Positions 16,193 to 24,372 of a stretch of DNA of 42,658 bases are shown here, piece after piece (position 1 is the stretch's first letter; every line of letters begins with the position of its first letter). The translations under genes were made by a program, and so were the position numbers. Source of the DNA: a virus; IMG/VR virus record IMGVR_UViG_3300045988_050593, positions 1-42,658 of that record; one strand, written 5' to 3'. Under the pieces are notes generated by a model that was not told where the DNA came from, did no database searches, and saw nothing but the letters and a program-made list of their open reading frames with translations.

Positions 16193-16644
16193 ACGCCACC
16201 GACTTCCCAGTGCGCCATGTCGCCGCCGACGTCTTTCTCGTCGACCTTGGACACGTCATACACGCCGTCGTAGTACGCCTCGATCTTCTGAGCCGTCCAG
16301 TCCGGATGCACCGCCTCGCCCTTTACGAAAAAGGTGCTGCGGTTTGCCGTCAGCGTCCAGAGGCCGCTTTTGTCATCAGCGCGCCAGAACTCGACGGGGC
16401 CGACGTACTTTTTCGCCGCTCCGGTGACGCCGTCCGTTGCCTGTACGTCCATAGGGATATACAGGTTTACCGCGTCCGCGCCCTCCAAGCCGCTTTTTGT
16501 GACGTTGGAGCCTTTTGCTGCGTCGAGGTACACGCCATGCAGGACGGTAATATAATTGCGCAGCACCGGTTCAAAACCGGTGTCTGCGCTTTCCGCCGTC
16601 TCGGTGTTATAAACGGTCACAACATGGGGAAACATCGTCTCCAC
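16189..16644 (-). CDS. Head closure protein-like (151 aa)
   Basis: Assigned by position. The GTG start follows the SD GGGAGGGGG. Confidence 0.6.
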   Translation of the reverse strand: METMFPHVVTVYNTETAESADTGFEPVLRNYITVLHGVYLDAAKGSNVTKSGLEGADAVNLYIPMDVQATDGVTGAAKKYVGPVEFWRADDKSGLWTLTANRSTFFVKGEAVHPDWTAQKIEAYYDGVYDVSKVDEKDVGGDMAHWEVGGV

Positions 16645-17056
16645 ACGTGCACCCCCTCCCGCGGTAAAGCAATCCAGTCGTCAGGAGATACCGGCTTGCA
16701 ACCAGATACATCCCTTTTTCGATCTCAGCCGCCGTCGAGAGCGCGCCGGAGGCAGTTTCCGCGCCGCTCCTGTATGTCCTTGACCAGCTCCCCACCGTCT
16801 GGCTTTGCAGCTCGGAACCTTGCATCGCGTCAAGGCTTTTCGACGCCGCCTCCTGCGCCTTCTCGACGCCGGAATAGGCGTCGATCAGAGCGCAGCACGC
16901 CATTTTCACGGCGTCGAGGTCGGCGTTTTTCGCCGCTTTGCCAAGGGTGATGTAGTCAAGGTAGGAGCTGGCCCGGACGGCCAGACGGTCAAAGTCGGCC
17001 TCCGGCGTCTGCCCGTAATATGTCCCGACGTAGTAGTCGTATGTTACATATACCAT
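16607..17056 (-). CDS. Head-tail connector (gp6-like) protein (149 aa)
   Basis: MVYVTYDYYVGTYYGQTPEADFDRLAVRASSYLDYIT is the typical N-terminus of gp6-like connector / DNA-packaging proteins. Confidence 0.7.
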   Translation of the reverse strand: MVYVTYDYYVGTYYGQTPEADFDRLAVRASSYLDYITLGKAAKNADLDAVKMACCALIDAYSGVEKAQEAASKSLDAMQGSELQSQTVGSWSRTYRSGAETASGALSTAAEIEKGMYLVASRYLLTTGLLYRGRGCTCGDDVSPCCDRL

Positions 17057-17074
17057 CGGGTCAGCCCCCGCCCG

Positions 17075-18289
17075 TTACGCGCCGACCGTGACAGTCGCAG
17101 TGCCGGTCTTGGAGCTATCCTGCTTCGAGGTCGCCGTGACAGTGATAGACGAGCCGGTCTCGTTGGACGCGACGGTCAGAACGCCGTCCTCGGAAATGCT
17201 CGACTTCGCGCCGCTCTGCGTCCACGTCACCGCATCAGAGACGATGCCCGTACCAGCGACGGAGGCCGAGAACGTCTGCTTCGCGCCCTTTGCAACGGTC
17301 GCGGTCGCCGGCTTGACGGTGACGGTCGAGACCGTGCCGCCCTTGCCGTAAACGGAGAACGGGAACGGGTTCTCGATGTCGGCGTTGTAAGCGTTGATCG
17401 GGTTCGCGATCTCCCAGCCGAGGCGCATGACCGCACGAAGGGCGACCATGTCGTTCTGCATGAGGTTGTAGGTGATTGCCTTGGTGCTGGGGTCCTGGAT
17501 GACGCCCTCGGTGAAGATTTTGAACGTCATGTCCTGCCGGATGGCATAGACAAGCTGCGACCAGTCGCCGACGATCATCTGCGCCTGCGTCGGGTCAAAC
17601 GCGCCGTTCATCGGGAAATACATATCCATGCCGTCAAGGCCGTAGCGGGTCGCGCCCTGCATATCGGACTTAAAAATCGGCTGACCGGTCGTATCCTTCA
17701 GGCCGCGGAGCTTGCCGCGCATCTGGATCGCAGACATAACGCCGTTCGGGTTAAAGCCGTCAAGCTCAACCTTGGAGATCAAGCCACCTTCGCCCATAAT
17801 GTCAGTGTAGACGTCGGAAGTGGTCGGGACCCCGTTGCCCGCCGCAATCGCAGACGGAACGACGCCGTCGCGCCACGTGCTCGGCTTGTTGGTGCCGAAG
17901 AGAATCGCGGCGTCGATGACCTTGCCGAAAGCCTCGTTCAGGCGCGGTCGGACTTCGCCCCAAATGTCATAGTCCGCGTCGTCAAGCGCGGCCTCCGGGA
18001 TGGGGACGATGACGGCGATTTCCTCGGCGTAGATTTTCTTTTTGTCCCACGCCATCTTCGTGGTCTGCTTCCAAGCATCGCCAGCGCCGGAGTCGGTTGC
18101 TTCGCCGTTGACAAAGTACGCAGACGGCAGGGCGTCAAGGACGTTGATCGTCTGCGTTTTGGACGACATATTCGCCAGACGACGGCCCATACGGAGGACA
18201 GCCGACTCGGCGATAGCGCCCTGCATGATTTCGCGGGTTACGGGTTCCGGGATAAGCCCGGAGAGTGCGTTGCGGTCAATAGTAGCCAT
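17075..18289 (-). CDS. Major capsid protein with a C-terminal Ig-like (Big_2-like) domain
   Basis: 404 aa, directly after the scaffold gene. The C-terminal 85 aa or so read TVTVKPATATVAKGAKQTFSASVAG...VTWTQSG...GVLTVASNETGSSITVTATS. Confidence 0.85.
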   Translation of the reverse strand: MATIDRNALSGLIPEPVTREIMQGAIAESAVLRMGRRLANMSSKTQTINVLDALPSAYFVNGEATDSGAGDAWKQTTKMAWDKKKIYAEEIAVIVPIPEAALDDADYDIWGEVRPRLNEAFGKVIDAAILFGTNKPSTWRDGVVPSAIAAGNGVPTTSDVYTDIMGEGGLISKVELDGFNPNGVMSAIQMRGKLRGLKDTTGQPIFKSDMQGATRYGLDGMDMYFPMNGAFDPTQAQMIVGDWSQLVYAIRQDMTFKIFTEGVIQDPSTKAITYNLMQNDMVALRAVMRLGWEIANPINAYNADIENPFPFSVYGKGGTVSTVTVKPATATVAKGAKQTFSASVAGTGIVSDAVTWTQSGAKSSISEDGVLTVASNETGSSITVTATSKQDSSKTGTATVTVGA

Positions 18290-18305
18290 TTAATAACTTC
18301 CTTTC

Positions 18306-18806
18306 TTATTTGAGTGCGCCGCGGATGATGCTGTTCATCGCAGCATTGACGGTTTCAGCTTTCCCGCCGTCTCCGGCAGGAGCTGCCCAGTCAAACGTAA
18401 CCTTTTTCCGGCTTGCTGTGAGCTGGTCGACGGCAGTCTCAAAGGTGGTCTTGTCGTCTACCAACTTTGCGGCTTTGTACGCGATAAACTCTGCGTCCTC
18501 GCCAGTCAAGCCCTTGGACAGCACATACTTGTCGCGTTTAAGCTGTTCAAGCTCTGCCTGCGCGGCCGTCAGTGCGGTTTTACTATCCGAGAGTTCTTTG
18601 TCTCGCTTAGCCTGCCGCTCCTGCTCGGTCTGCTGGCCGTCTTTCCACGTTCTGTACGCGGTCAGCTCTTCTTCGCTGGGCATTCCCTTCATCGCCTTTG
18701 CAAGGCGCTTGCCGATCATGGCATCCACTTCCTCCTGCGTGAAGGTCTTCGCAGGGGACGGCTCCGGCACGGGGGCCGGGTTCGGGTTGCTGATAGGTTC
18801 GCTCAT
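18306..18806 (-). CDS. Scaffolding protein (GP20-like, 166 aa)
   Basis: Start MSEPISNP after the SD GGAGGTAAAAAA. TFTQEEVDAMIGKRLAK is followed by a coiled coil. The gene lies upstream of the capsid gene. Confidence 0.8.
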   Translation of the reverse strand: MSEPISNPNPAPVPEPSPAKTFTQEEVDAMIGKRLAKAMKGMPSEEELTAYRTWKDGQQTEQERQAKRDKELSDSKTALTAAQAELEQLKRDKYVLSKGLTGEDAEFIAYKAAKLVDDKTTFETAVDQLTASRKKVTFDWAAPAGDGGKAETVNAAMNSIIRGALK

Positions 18807-18870
18807 TTTTTTACCTCCGTTTTTTGTCAGGGCCGTCGCCCTGCGGTTTAACGCCTCTCGGCGATATAGC

Positions 18871-18905
18871 AAAAGGGCTAACCGCCGAAGCGGTCAGCCC
18901 TTTTT
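18871..18905 (-). terminator. Internal hairpin / partial terminator between the minor capsid and scaffold genes
   Basis: aaaagggctaaccgc / gcggtcagccctttt stem (one mismatch) with a 4-nt loop and TTTT on the minus strand. It overlaps the stop of 18894-20072. Confidence 0.55.
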
Positions 18906-20072
18906 GTAAACTTCCATCCGCGCACGCTGCTCTGGCAGCTTTGCGGCTTTGCTAAAGTCTTTGTATTTCTGCGTCAGCCGTCGAGCCTTGATGCTCGCGG
19001 CCTGTGCATCGTCCTTGAGACCGGCCTTCTCAAACGCGATTGCGCGGCGCTTTTGCTTGCGGATGCTGTTTTCCATCCGGCGCTGCATCTGCGTAGCCTC
19101 GTATGCGGTGTAGTGCTTGCCGTCATACGTCACGTCGTGGCCGTCGTCGATGTGGGATAGCTCCTCGTCGGTGTAGGTGCGCTCGGAGACGCCGGGTATA
19201 AACGGGAAGCGCCTGTGTCTACAGTTGACGCCCTCTAGCCCGTCGACCTCGCCGAGGCCGCATACCGCGTAAATGCTCGGGTAAATGTCCACAGCGCGCT
19301 CGCTGTACACTCTCCCCTGCCAGTCCTTGTGAGACGACCACGGAGACGGCCCCGGCTTGTCGCGTGCGCCGGAATGTGCCGACACCTCGAAATAGTGCGT
19401 GCCGAGATATTCGGCCGACTGCTGCGTAAATTTATCGCACAGCTGCGCCGTCCCGGTCATAACCGCCCTGCGTACAGCAACGTCGATCTGCTCCGTCCTG
19501 CCGCTCTCGTATGATACGACGCGCAGCCCGCTGTCGGCGAGCTGCCGGACAGCGGAAGGAATCGCTTGATTATACCCCGTCGTTCCGCTCTCGATTTGCA
19601 GCACGGCGTTGTCCAGCGCCCATTGATACGCTTTTGCCGGGGCGAGCGTCGTGCGCCCGCCGTCCACCACAAATGCCATGGATCGCGTGAGGTTGCGATA
19701 TTCTCCCAAGGTCTGGCGACGGATCGCGTCGATCTCCGCCTCGCCGACGAGAAATTCCGGCTGCGTGAGTCCTGCGAAATCAATCAGGTCTGTGTAGTAC
19801 GCTTGATTTCGCGCTACAACGTCCGAAATCAGCTCGTCGAGCTTTTTCTCGCCGATGCCGGTTTCCTGCTGGATGGCCTTTTTTATCTCGTCAAGGTCAA
19901 TGCCCTGTGCGCGTAATGCGCGGATATGCTGCACGGTTACCTCGTTAAGCTGGTCTGCCAGATCAAGGCGCGAGCAGATACCGGACAAAAGCGTCAGCTC
20001 AAGGCTGCGAAAAAGCTCAGCGAGTTCTTCGGGGAGCGAGTCAAGCAGTTTCGGTTGAAACGGATATTTCAT
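18894..20072 (-). CDS. Minor capsid / head morphogenesis protein (SPP1 gp7-like, 392 aa)
   Basis: Located after the portal region. The N-terminal LPEELAELFRSLELTLL pattern and the conserved NCRHRRFPFIPG motif support the call. Confidence 0.8.
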   Translation of the reverse strand: MKYPFQPKLLDSLPEELAELFRSLELTLLSGICSRLDLADQLNEVTVQHIRALRAQGIDLDEIKKAIQQETGIGEKKLDELISDVVARNQAYYTDLIDFAGLTQPEFLVGEAEIDAIRRQTLGEYRNLTRSMAFVVDGGRTTLAPAKAYQWALDNAVLQIESGTTGYNQAIPSAVRQLADSGLRVVSYESGRTEQIDVAVRRAVMTGTAQLCDKFTQQSAEYLGTHYFEVSAHSGARDKPGPSPWSSHKDWQGRVYSERAVDIYPSIYAVCGLGEVDGLEGVNCRHRRFPFIPGVSERTYTDEELSHIDDGHDVTYDGKHYTAYEATQMQRRMENSIRKQKRRAIAFEKAGLKDDAQAASIKARRLTQKYKDFSKAAKLPEQRARMEVYKKG

Positions 20073-20688
20073 TGACTTTCCTCCGTTTCACAATATCGTC
20101 ATAGTGCGGCTTTACTTGAATTACATTCCAGTCGCATTCCTCCGGCACTTTTCCGTAAAAGATCACCCATTCCGGCGACAGCCGCTTTATCATTTCTTCG
20201 TAGCCGCGCAAAAAAAGCCGCTTGCTTTCCTTGTTTTGCTGCGTTCCGACCGAAGACACGGCGACGATTCCACCAACCGGTTCCCCGTCAAAGCACCAGT
20301 CGTAGCTTGATTCATCGCTCCACGAGATTGTCGGGTAAACCATTATCCCGTGGAGCTGCCAGTACGCCGCCAGCCATTGCTTGCGGTAATGGTTATATAT
20401 CTGCATCGCCAGTGGCATATCCGTGTATGTGGAAAAGTCCGGCGCGCACACCGCCGCAAACTGCGACAGTTTCGTAATGTATTTGTCCGGCGTGTTCCAG
20501 TACCGAATGAATTGATAATCGTCTACAAAAAAGTGGACGATCTTGCTTGATGGGTCTTTCTCCGCGTAATGGTAATTCACAGGAATAAATTCCCCATGCG
20601 GATAAACCTTGACCGGCTCGATCTGTGGGATGCCGTACTTGCCAACGCCAAGCAGGTGCAGCTTATCTAAATTTTCAAAATTTAACAT
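20041..20688 (-). CDS. DUF4417-like protein (215 aa)
   Basis: HFFVDDYQFIRYWNTPDKY ... CAPDFSTYTDMP...QIYNHYR ... WCFDGEP match my memory of the DUF4417 signature. GC is lower than in the neighbours. Confidence 0.65.
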   Translation of the reverse strand: MLNFENLDKLHLLGVGKYGIPQIEPVKVYPHGEFIPVNYHYAEKDPSSKIVHFFVDDYQFIRYWNTPDKYITKLSQFAAVCAPDFSTYTDMPLAMQIYNHYRKQWLAAYWQLHGIMVYPTISWSDESSYDWCFDGEPVGGIVAVSSVGTQQNKESKRLFLRGYEEMIKRLSPEWVIFYGKVPEECDWNVIQVKPHYDDIVKRRKVNEISVSTETA

Positions 20689-20693
20689 GGCCT

Positions 20694-21104
20694 TCAGAAT
20701 TTAAGGGGAATGAATGATTTTAGCCTCGGCCTCTTTTTGTACTCATCCGCAAGGATAGTATTCGCGATAGATTTGATACCGCTTTTCTTGTCGATAATCT
20801 CGCTTGCTTTCATGCCGTTGGGGAACATTTTTACCAAGTTTGCAATTTCGGCAGTATATCTCTGTTGCGCCGCTTTGAATGCGGATGCTTGCTCCCTGAA
20901 CTCATCGCCGTACCCTTTTTTCGTTTTATCAAGGTCGATTGCTTGCTTTTCGAGCATTTTCGCATTTGCAACCATCGTGTCATATGGGTTTTTCAAGATG
21001 TCAGTTGCCCATGATACTTGTTTTTCGCTGCCCGTCAGCGTCGGGATCTTAAAACCTGCGCCGCCGTGTGCGCTGCCCATACCGGCTCCGCCTCTGCCGC
21101 CCAT
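20694..21104 (-). CDS. Small Gly-rich N-terminus protein after the portal (136 aa)
   Basis: Start MGGRGGAGMGSAHGG after the SD GCAGGAGGTGGAG. The TAATG overlaps the portal stop. It contains LTGSEKQVSWATDIL. Confidence 0.7.
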   Translation of the reverse strand: MGGRGGAGMGSAHGGAGFKIPTLTGSEKQVSWATDILKNPYDTMVANAKMLEKQAIDLDKTKKGYGDEFREQASAFKAAQQRYTAEIANLVKMFPNGMKASEIIDKKSGIKSIANTILADEYKKRPRLKSFIPLKF

Positions 21105-22534
21105 TACTCCACCTCCTGCTGTTCTTCGTCCGTCATGTCCTCGGCCTTCGGAAGCGCGGCCTTGGCTGTCTCCTCGTCCTCGTTCATCCACTTTGCGCGA
21201 AATTCCCAGTCGTTCATGATTCCCGCAGACAGCATCTGCATATCGCGGGAGAAGTTTGTGGTGTCGTCCTCGATGATCGAGTCGTCAAAGTCGATGGAGA
21301 TTTCAACATTCTCGTCGAGGCCGAGCCCCATCGCGGCATTGCCAAGCCGAAGGATAACCCGGCAAAGCTCGTCGAGCACTTGCTCGAGGATGATTTCGTG
21401 CTTTTTGATCGTCCTAAAGAGCGTAGAGTTTTCAGAAATGACCTGCGTGGCCGTCGCAACGCTGCCGCCGTCAAAGCGGTAATACGTCTCGCCGAAGCCG
21501 CACTTGCTGGACAGGATATTGAGCTGATCCTGAATGCCCGTGTTGTGCTCGGCCGTGCGCAGCGCCATGTCGATGGGCGTAATCACCGCGCTGTCGCTGA
21601 CGTCCTCCGGCAGGACGTAGAACACGACGTCTGAGGGGTCAAAAACCGGCTCTCCGTCGAGGTATTTGCTTGCGGAGGGCTTGACCATGATGCGCTTTTT
21701 GCCAAGGACAAACTCGTTTACATAGCTGTCATAGGCGATGTCCACGCCCTGCATCACGTCGATGGCATTTGCGTACACAGAGATACCCGTCGGCAGAAGG
21801 TAGTTGTAATTGTTTGCGATATTCGGCCGGTCGATGACAAACTGCCGTCTGTCGCTGCCGGTGTGGACGACCGGCGGGATGCGCTCAAAGCCCGCGACGT
21901 TTGTGAGCTGCTCGTCCGATAAAAGCTCGTTGTCATACCGATAGATTCGGTTCTCGATGATGTACAGCCCGTCCGCGCCCTTTTTGTGGATCTGAAGATA
22001 AGCGTAGTCCTTCCCGCCGCGCGTCACGACGGACGAAAACGCGCACTCGCTGATATAGCCGTTGCTCCACGCCAGCGGATAGATGTTCTCGATCGTGACG
22101 TAGTCGATTGCGATCCCCGACGCGTTTCCGGGTACGATCTCGCCGCTCTCGCTGACCTCCTGCCCGATGACGCGGGGAATGTAAGCGACCGTGCCGAGGG
22201 CAGATTTCATTTCCTGCATCTCGTTCGCGCGGACGGTAAAGTTGTTCTCCGTCAGGATGCGGTCGACAAATTCCTGCTCGCGCTGGCCTTCCAGCGTGAT
22301 CTGCACCTTTTCATTCATCAGGAGGTTCGCCCAATCCTCGCACAGCTTCTTTCCCATGCCGAGGGAATAGCGCTTGCACTTGACGACGCTCTCGCCGTTG
22401 CGGACACGGTAAGAGTGGAATCCTTTGACGTTGCCCTGATACCAGCTTTTCCACTCGGCGACCTTGCTGTAAAACGCCTCCGGAATCGTGGTATATCCTA
22501 ATTCTGTTAGCTTTTGTACAATAGCATTGCTCAT
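21104..22534 (-). CDS. Portal protein (SPP1 gp6-like, 476 aa)
   Basis: Size, position after terL, the N-terminal pattern EWKSWYQGNVKGFHSY, and an acidic C-terminus. Confidence 0.9.
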   Translation of the reverse strand: MSNAIVQKLTELGYTTIPEAFYSKVAEWKSWYQGNVKGFHSYRVRNGESVVKCKRYSLGMGKKLCEDWANLLMNEKVQITLEGQREQEFVDRILTENNFTVRANEMQEMKSALGTVAYIPRVIGQEVSESGEIVPGNASGIAIDYVTIENIYPLAWSNGYISECAFSSVVTRGGKDYAYLQIHKKGADGLYIIENRIYRYDNELLSDEQLTNVAGFERIPPVVHTGSDRRQFVIDRPNIANNYNYLLPTGISVYANAIDVMQGVDIAYDSYVNEFVLGKKRIMVKPSASKYLDGEPVFDPSDVVFYVLPEDVSDSAVITPIDMALRTAEHNTGIQDQLNILSSKCGFGETYYRFDGGSVATATQVISENSTLFRTIKKHEIILEQVLDELCRVILRLGNAAMGLGLDENVEISIDFDDSIIEDDTTNFSRDMQMLSAGIMNDWEFRAKWMNEDEETAKAALPKAEDMTDEEQQEVE

Positions 22535-23775
22535 GCGATAACTCCCATCCGACGCGAAATGCGCTCCAAAGCGTAGCGTGTCGCGTCTATCAGGTGATTG
22601 TCAGCGTCCGGGTATCCGCTGATGATCTCGCCGTCCCGGTCGCGCTCGTACTCGTAGTTTACAAACTCTTCGTATGCGTTTGGCGTCCGGCGGCGGTCGA
22701 TCACGATCTTGCGCCGTTGTAGCCACTTCATACCATAGTCCACGGAGCCGGGGCCTTTGATAGCCTCCTTTGCCGGAAGCCCAAGCGCCCGATAATCCGC
22801 AGCGCTCTTAGGCTCGGCGCTGTCACACGCGATGTACGCGTCGCCATATCCGCGCTGCTTGATAATTCCGCCGCTCTCCTCGTTTGTCAGCTTGTTTTTA
22901 TAAATCTCGTCGATAAAGTAGATCGTCTCACGCGCCCGGTCGTAGTGTAGCCGGATAAACGCAAATGGATCTGGATACCATCCCCAGTCAACACCTTGGT
23001 ATATCTGGTCGAAGCTCCCGATCTCCTCGTCCGTGATCTCGCGCAGCTCCAAATTCTCAAAGACGTTTCCGCCCGTGCCGACCGGAATGCCGAGGTACTC
23101 GTGCTGATACGCTCTTTCGTCCGTCGCTTTAAGGTGCTCGGCCTCTGCGATAAACTGCTCGCCCAGCCACTCACGCGGTGCTTCGAGGTATGTCGAGCTG
23201 TGGCACAGCCGATCTGCGCGCTCCTCCAAGCTGTCTTTGTTTGCCCAGTTGTCACGCGAGATCGGCGGGTTGTAGCTTTCAAAATTCCAAAACATCGAGC
23301 CACCACGCATGGTGGACTGTAAAATCGTTCGGATTTCCGCACGACCCGCAAACTGGTCCTTTTCCTCAAAATGCGTGATGGCGATATAGCCAAACGGAAC
23401 CTTGATCGACTTGATCTTCATCGGGTCGTCGGCGCCACGGAACATGATTTTCTGTCCGGTAGGCTTATAAATCAGCTCCATCGGGGAGACCTTCGCCTCC
23501 CAGTACGCCGCCACGCCCAGCTCGCCGATTGCCCAGATGTACTGCGCATACACGCTGTCGCGAATGGTGTTTGCGACCTTGCGCAGCACCAAAGCATGGC
23601 AGTTGCGGTTATCCTTTTGCATCAGCAGCAGCGGCACAAGGATAGACACTGTGGAGGATTTCAAGGAGCCGCGCCCGCCGCTGAAATCGTAGTGGGTGTG
23701 ATTGTGCTGGACGACGTCGCGCGCAACGCTGTAAAAGGCAGGGCCGATGATCTGCGACAGCAAAACCTTAGACAT
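22531..23775 (-). CDS. terL: Terminase large subunit (PBSX/Terminase_3-like, 414 aa)
   Basis: Start MSKVLLSQIIG. Walker A is FSGGRGSLKSST. The nuclease half contains DWGWYPDP ... DADNHLIDATRYAL. The N-terminal extension in the ORF track was rejected. Confidence 0.9.
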   Translation of the reverse strand: MSKVLLSQIIGPAFYSVARDVVQHNHTHYDFSGGRGSLKSSTVSILVPLLLMQKDNRNCHALVLRKVANTIRDSVYAQYIWAIGELGVAAYWEAKVSPMELIYKPTGQKIMFRGADDPMKIKSIKVPFGYIAITHFEEKDQFAGRAEIRTILQSTMRGGSMFWNFESYNPPISRDNWANKDSLEERADRLCHSSTYLEAPREWLGEQFIAEAEHLKATDERAYQHEYLGIPVGTGGNVFENLELREITDEEIGSFDQIYQGVDWGWYPDPFAFIRLHYDRARETIYFIDEIYKNKLTNEESGGIIKQRGYGDAYIACDSAEPKSAADYRALGLPAKEAIKGPGSVDYGMKWLQRRKIVIDRRRTPNAYEEFVNYEYERDRDGEIISGYPDADNHLIDATRYALERISRRMGVIA

Positions 23776-24187
23776 CGACGACCACCTGTACATTGTCGAC
23801 TGTGAGCTTAGTCTCACTCGACTCGCGCCAGCCAAAATTGCACGACAAGCTGAATTTTGCGCCGCCAGCGCCGTCTTTGTCGTAGAGGCGGGACTCGGCG
23901 TACTCCTCGCATCTGGCCTTTGCGCGCGTAATTGTGTCCGCAAACTCTGGCCTGCCTTGATAGTCAATCAGCGCCTGCCTGCCCGTAAAGCCGAGCGCGA
24001 GCGCAAGCCCCGTCACAGTCGGCGGGTGTGCATTGATGAGCACGGGATTACTGTATTTGTCAAAGCACGGATAGCCATTTGCATCTCGCAGCGGCTCGCC
24101 CTTGCAGCTCTCGAAATACTCCTCAATTACCGTCTCCATCGCCGCGACGCTTTTATACTTTCGCGGCCTACCTCCCGGATGTGCCAT
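23768..24187 (-). CDS. terS: Terminase small subunit (139 aa)
   Basis: Start MAHPGGRPRKYKS. The HTH-like stretch reads PPTVTGLALALGFTGRQAL. It lies directly upstream of terL and overlaps it. Confidence 0.8.
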   Translation of the reverse strand: MAHPGGRPRKYKSVAAMETVIEEYFESCKGEPLRDANGYPCFDKYSNPVLINAHPPTVTGLALALGFTGRQALIDYQGRPEFADTITRAKARCEEYAESRLYDKDGAGGAKFSLSCNFGWRESSETKLTVDNVQVVVDV

Positions 24188-24257
24188 GCACTCGCCCCCT
24201 TGCGTATAAAATGAGAGCGCCGTCGGTCTCCCGGCGACGCCCAATTATCATGGTATT

Positions 24258-24263
24258 ATTATA
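24258..24263 (-). promoter_or_regulatory. Candidate late promoter -10 (TATAAT on the minus strand) without a recognisable -35
   Basis: attata on the plus strand lies about 70 nt upstream of the terS ATG. No TTGACA-like hexamer is found at 16-18 nt. This is consistent with activator-dependent late transcription. Confidence 0.35.
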
Positions 24264-24319
24264 GACTCTTGACATGGCCCTGTTAGCTCAATTTTGCAGA
24301 GTATAAAAGTAACGAAACC

Positions 24320-24348
24320 TTGCGTTTCCTCTCTGCCCGTTGTAAAAT
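24320..24348 (+). promoter_or_regulatory. Sigma-70-type promoter of the dUTPase-fold-TM gene
   Basis: TTGCGT, a 17-nt spacer, then TAAAAT, about 25 nt upstream of the ATG at 24373. Confidence 0.55.
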
Positions 24349-24372
24349 GAGCATAAAGGTGAGGTGCTGGAT

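Noticed and set aside
16805-18313. 502-aa plus-strand ORF antisense to the capsid and connector genes
   Set aside because: It has an Arg/Gly/Asp-rich composition typical of the antisense frame in high-GC DNA. It has no SD and overlaps three well-supported minus-strand structural genes.
22531-23967. Long N-terminal extensions in ORF-track entries (terL 478 aa, Tal-like 546 aa, MTase 577 aa, holin 113 aa, portal-adjacent 165 aa, and others)
   Set aside because: The extensions are Arg/Pro/Ser-rich and overlap the upstream gene. Internal starts with good SD sites and 1-8 nt stop/start overlaps give compact, conventional gene boundaries.
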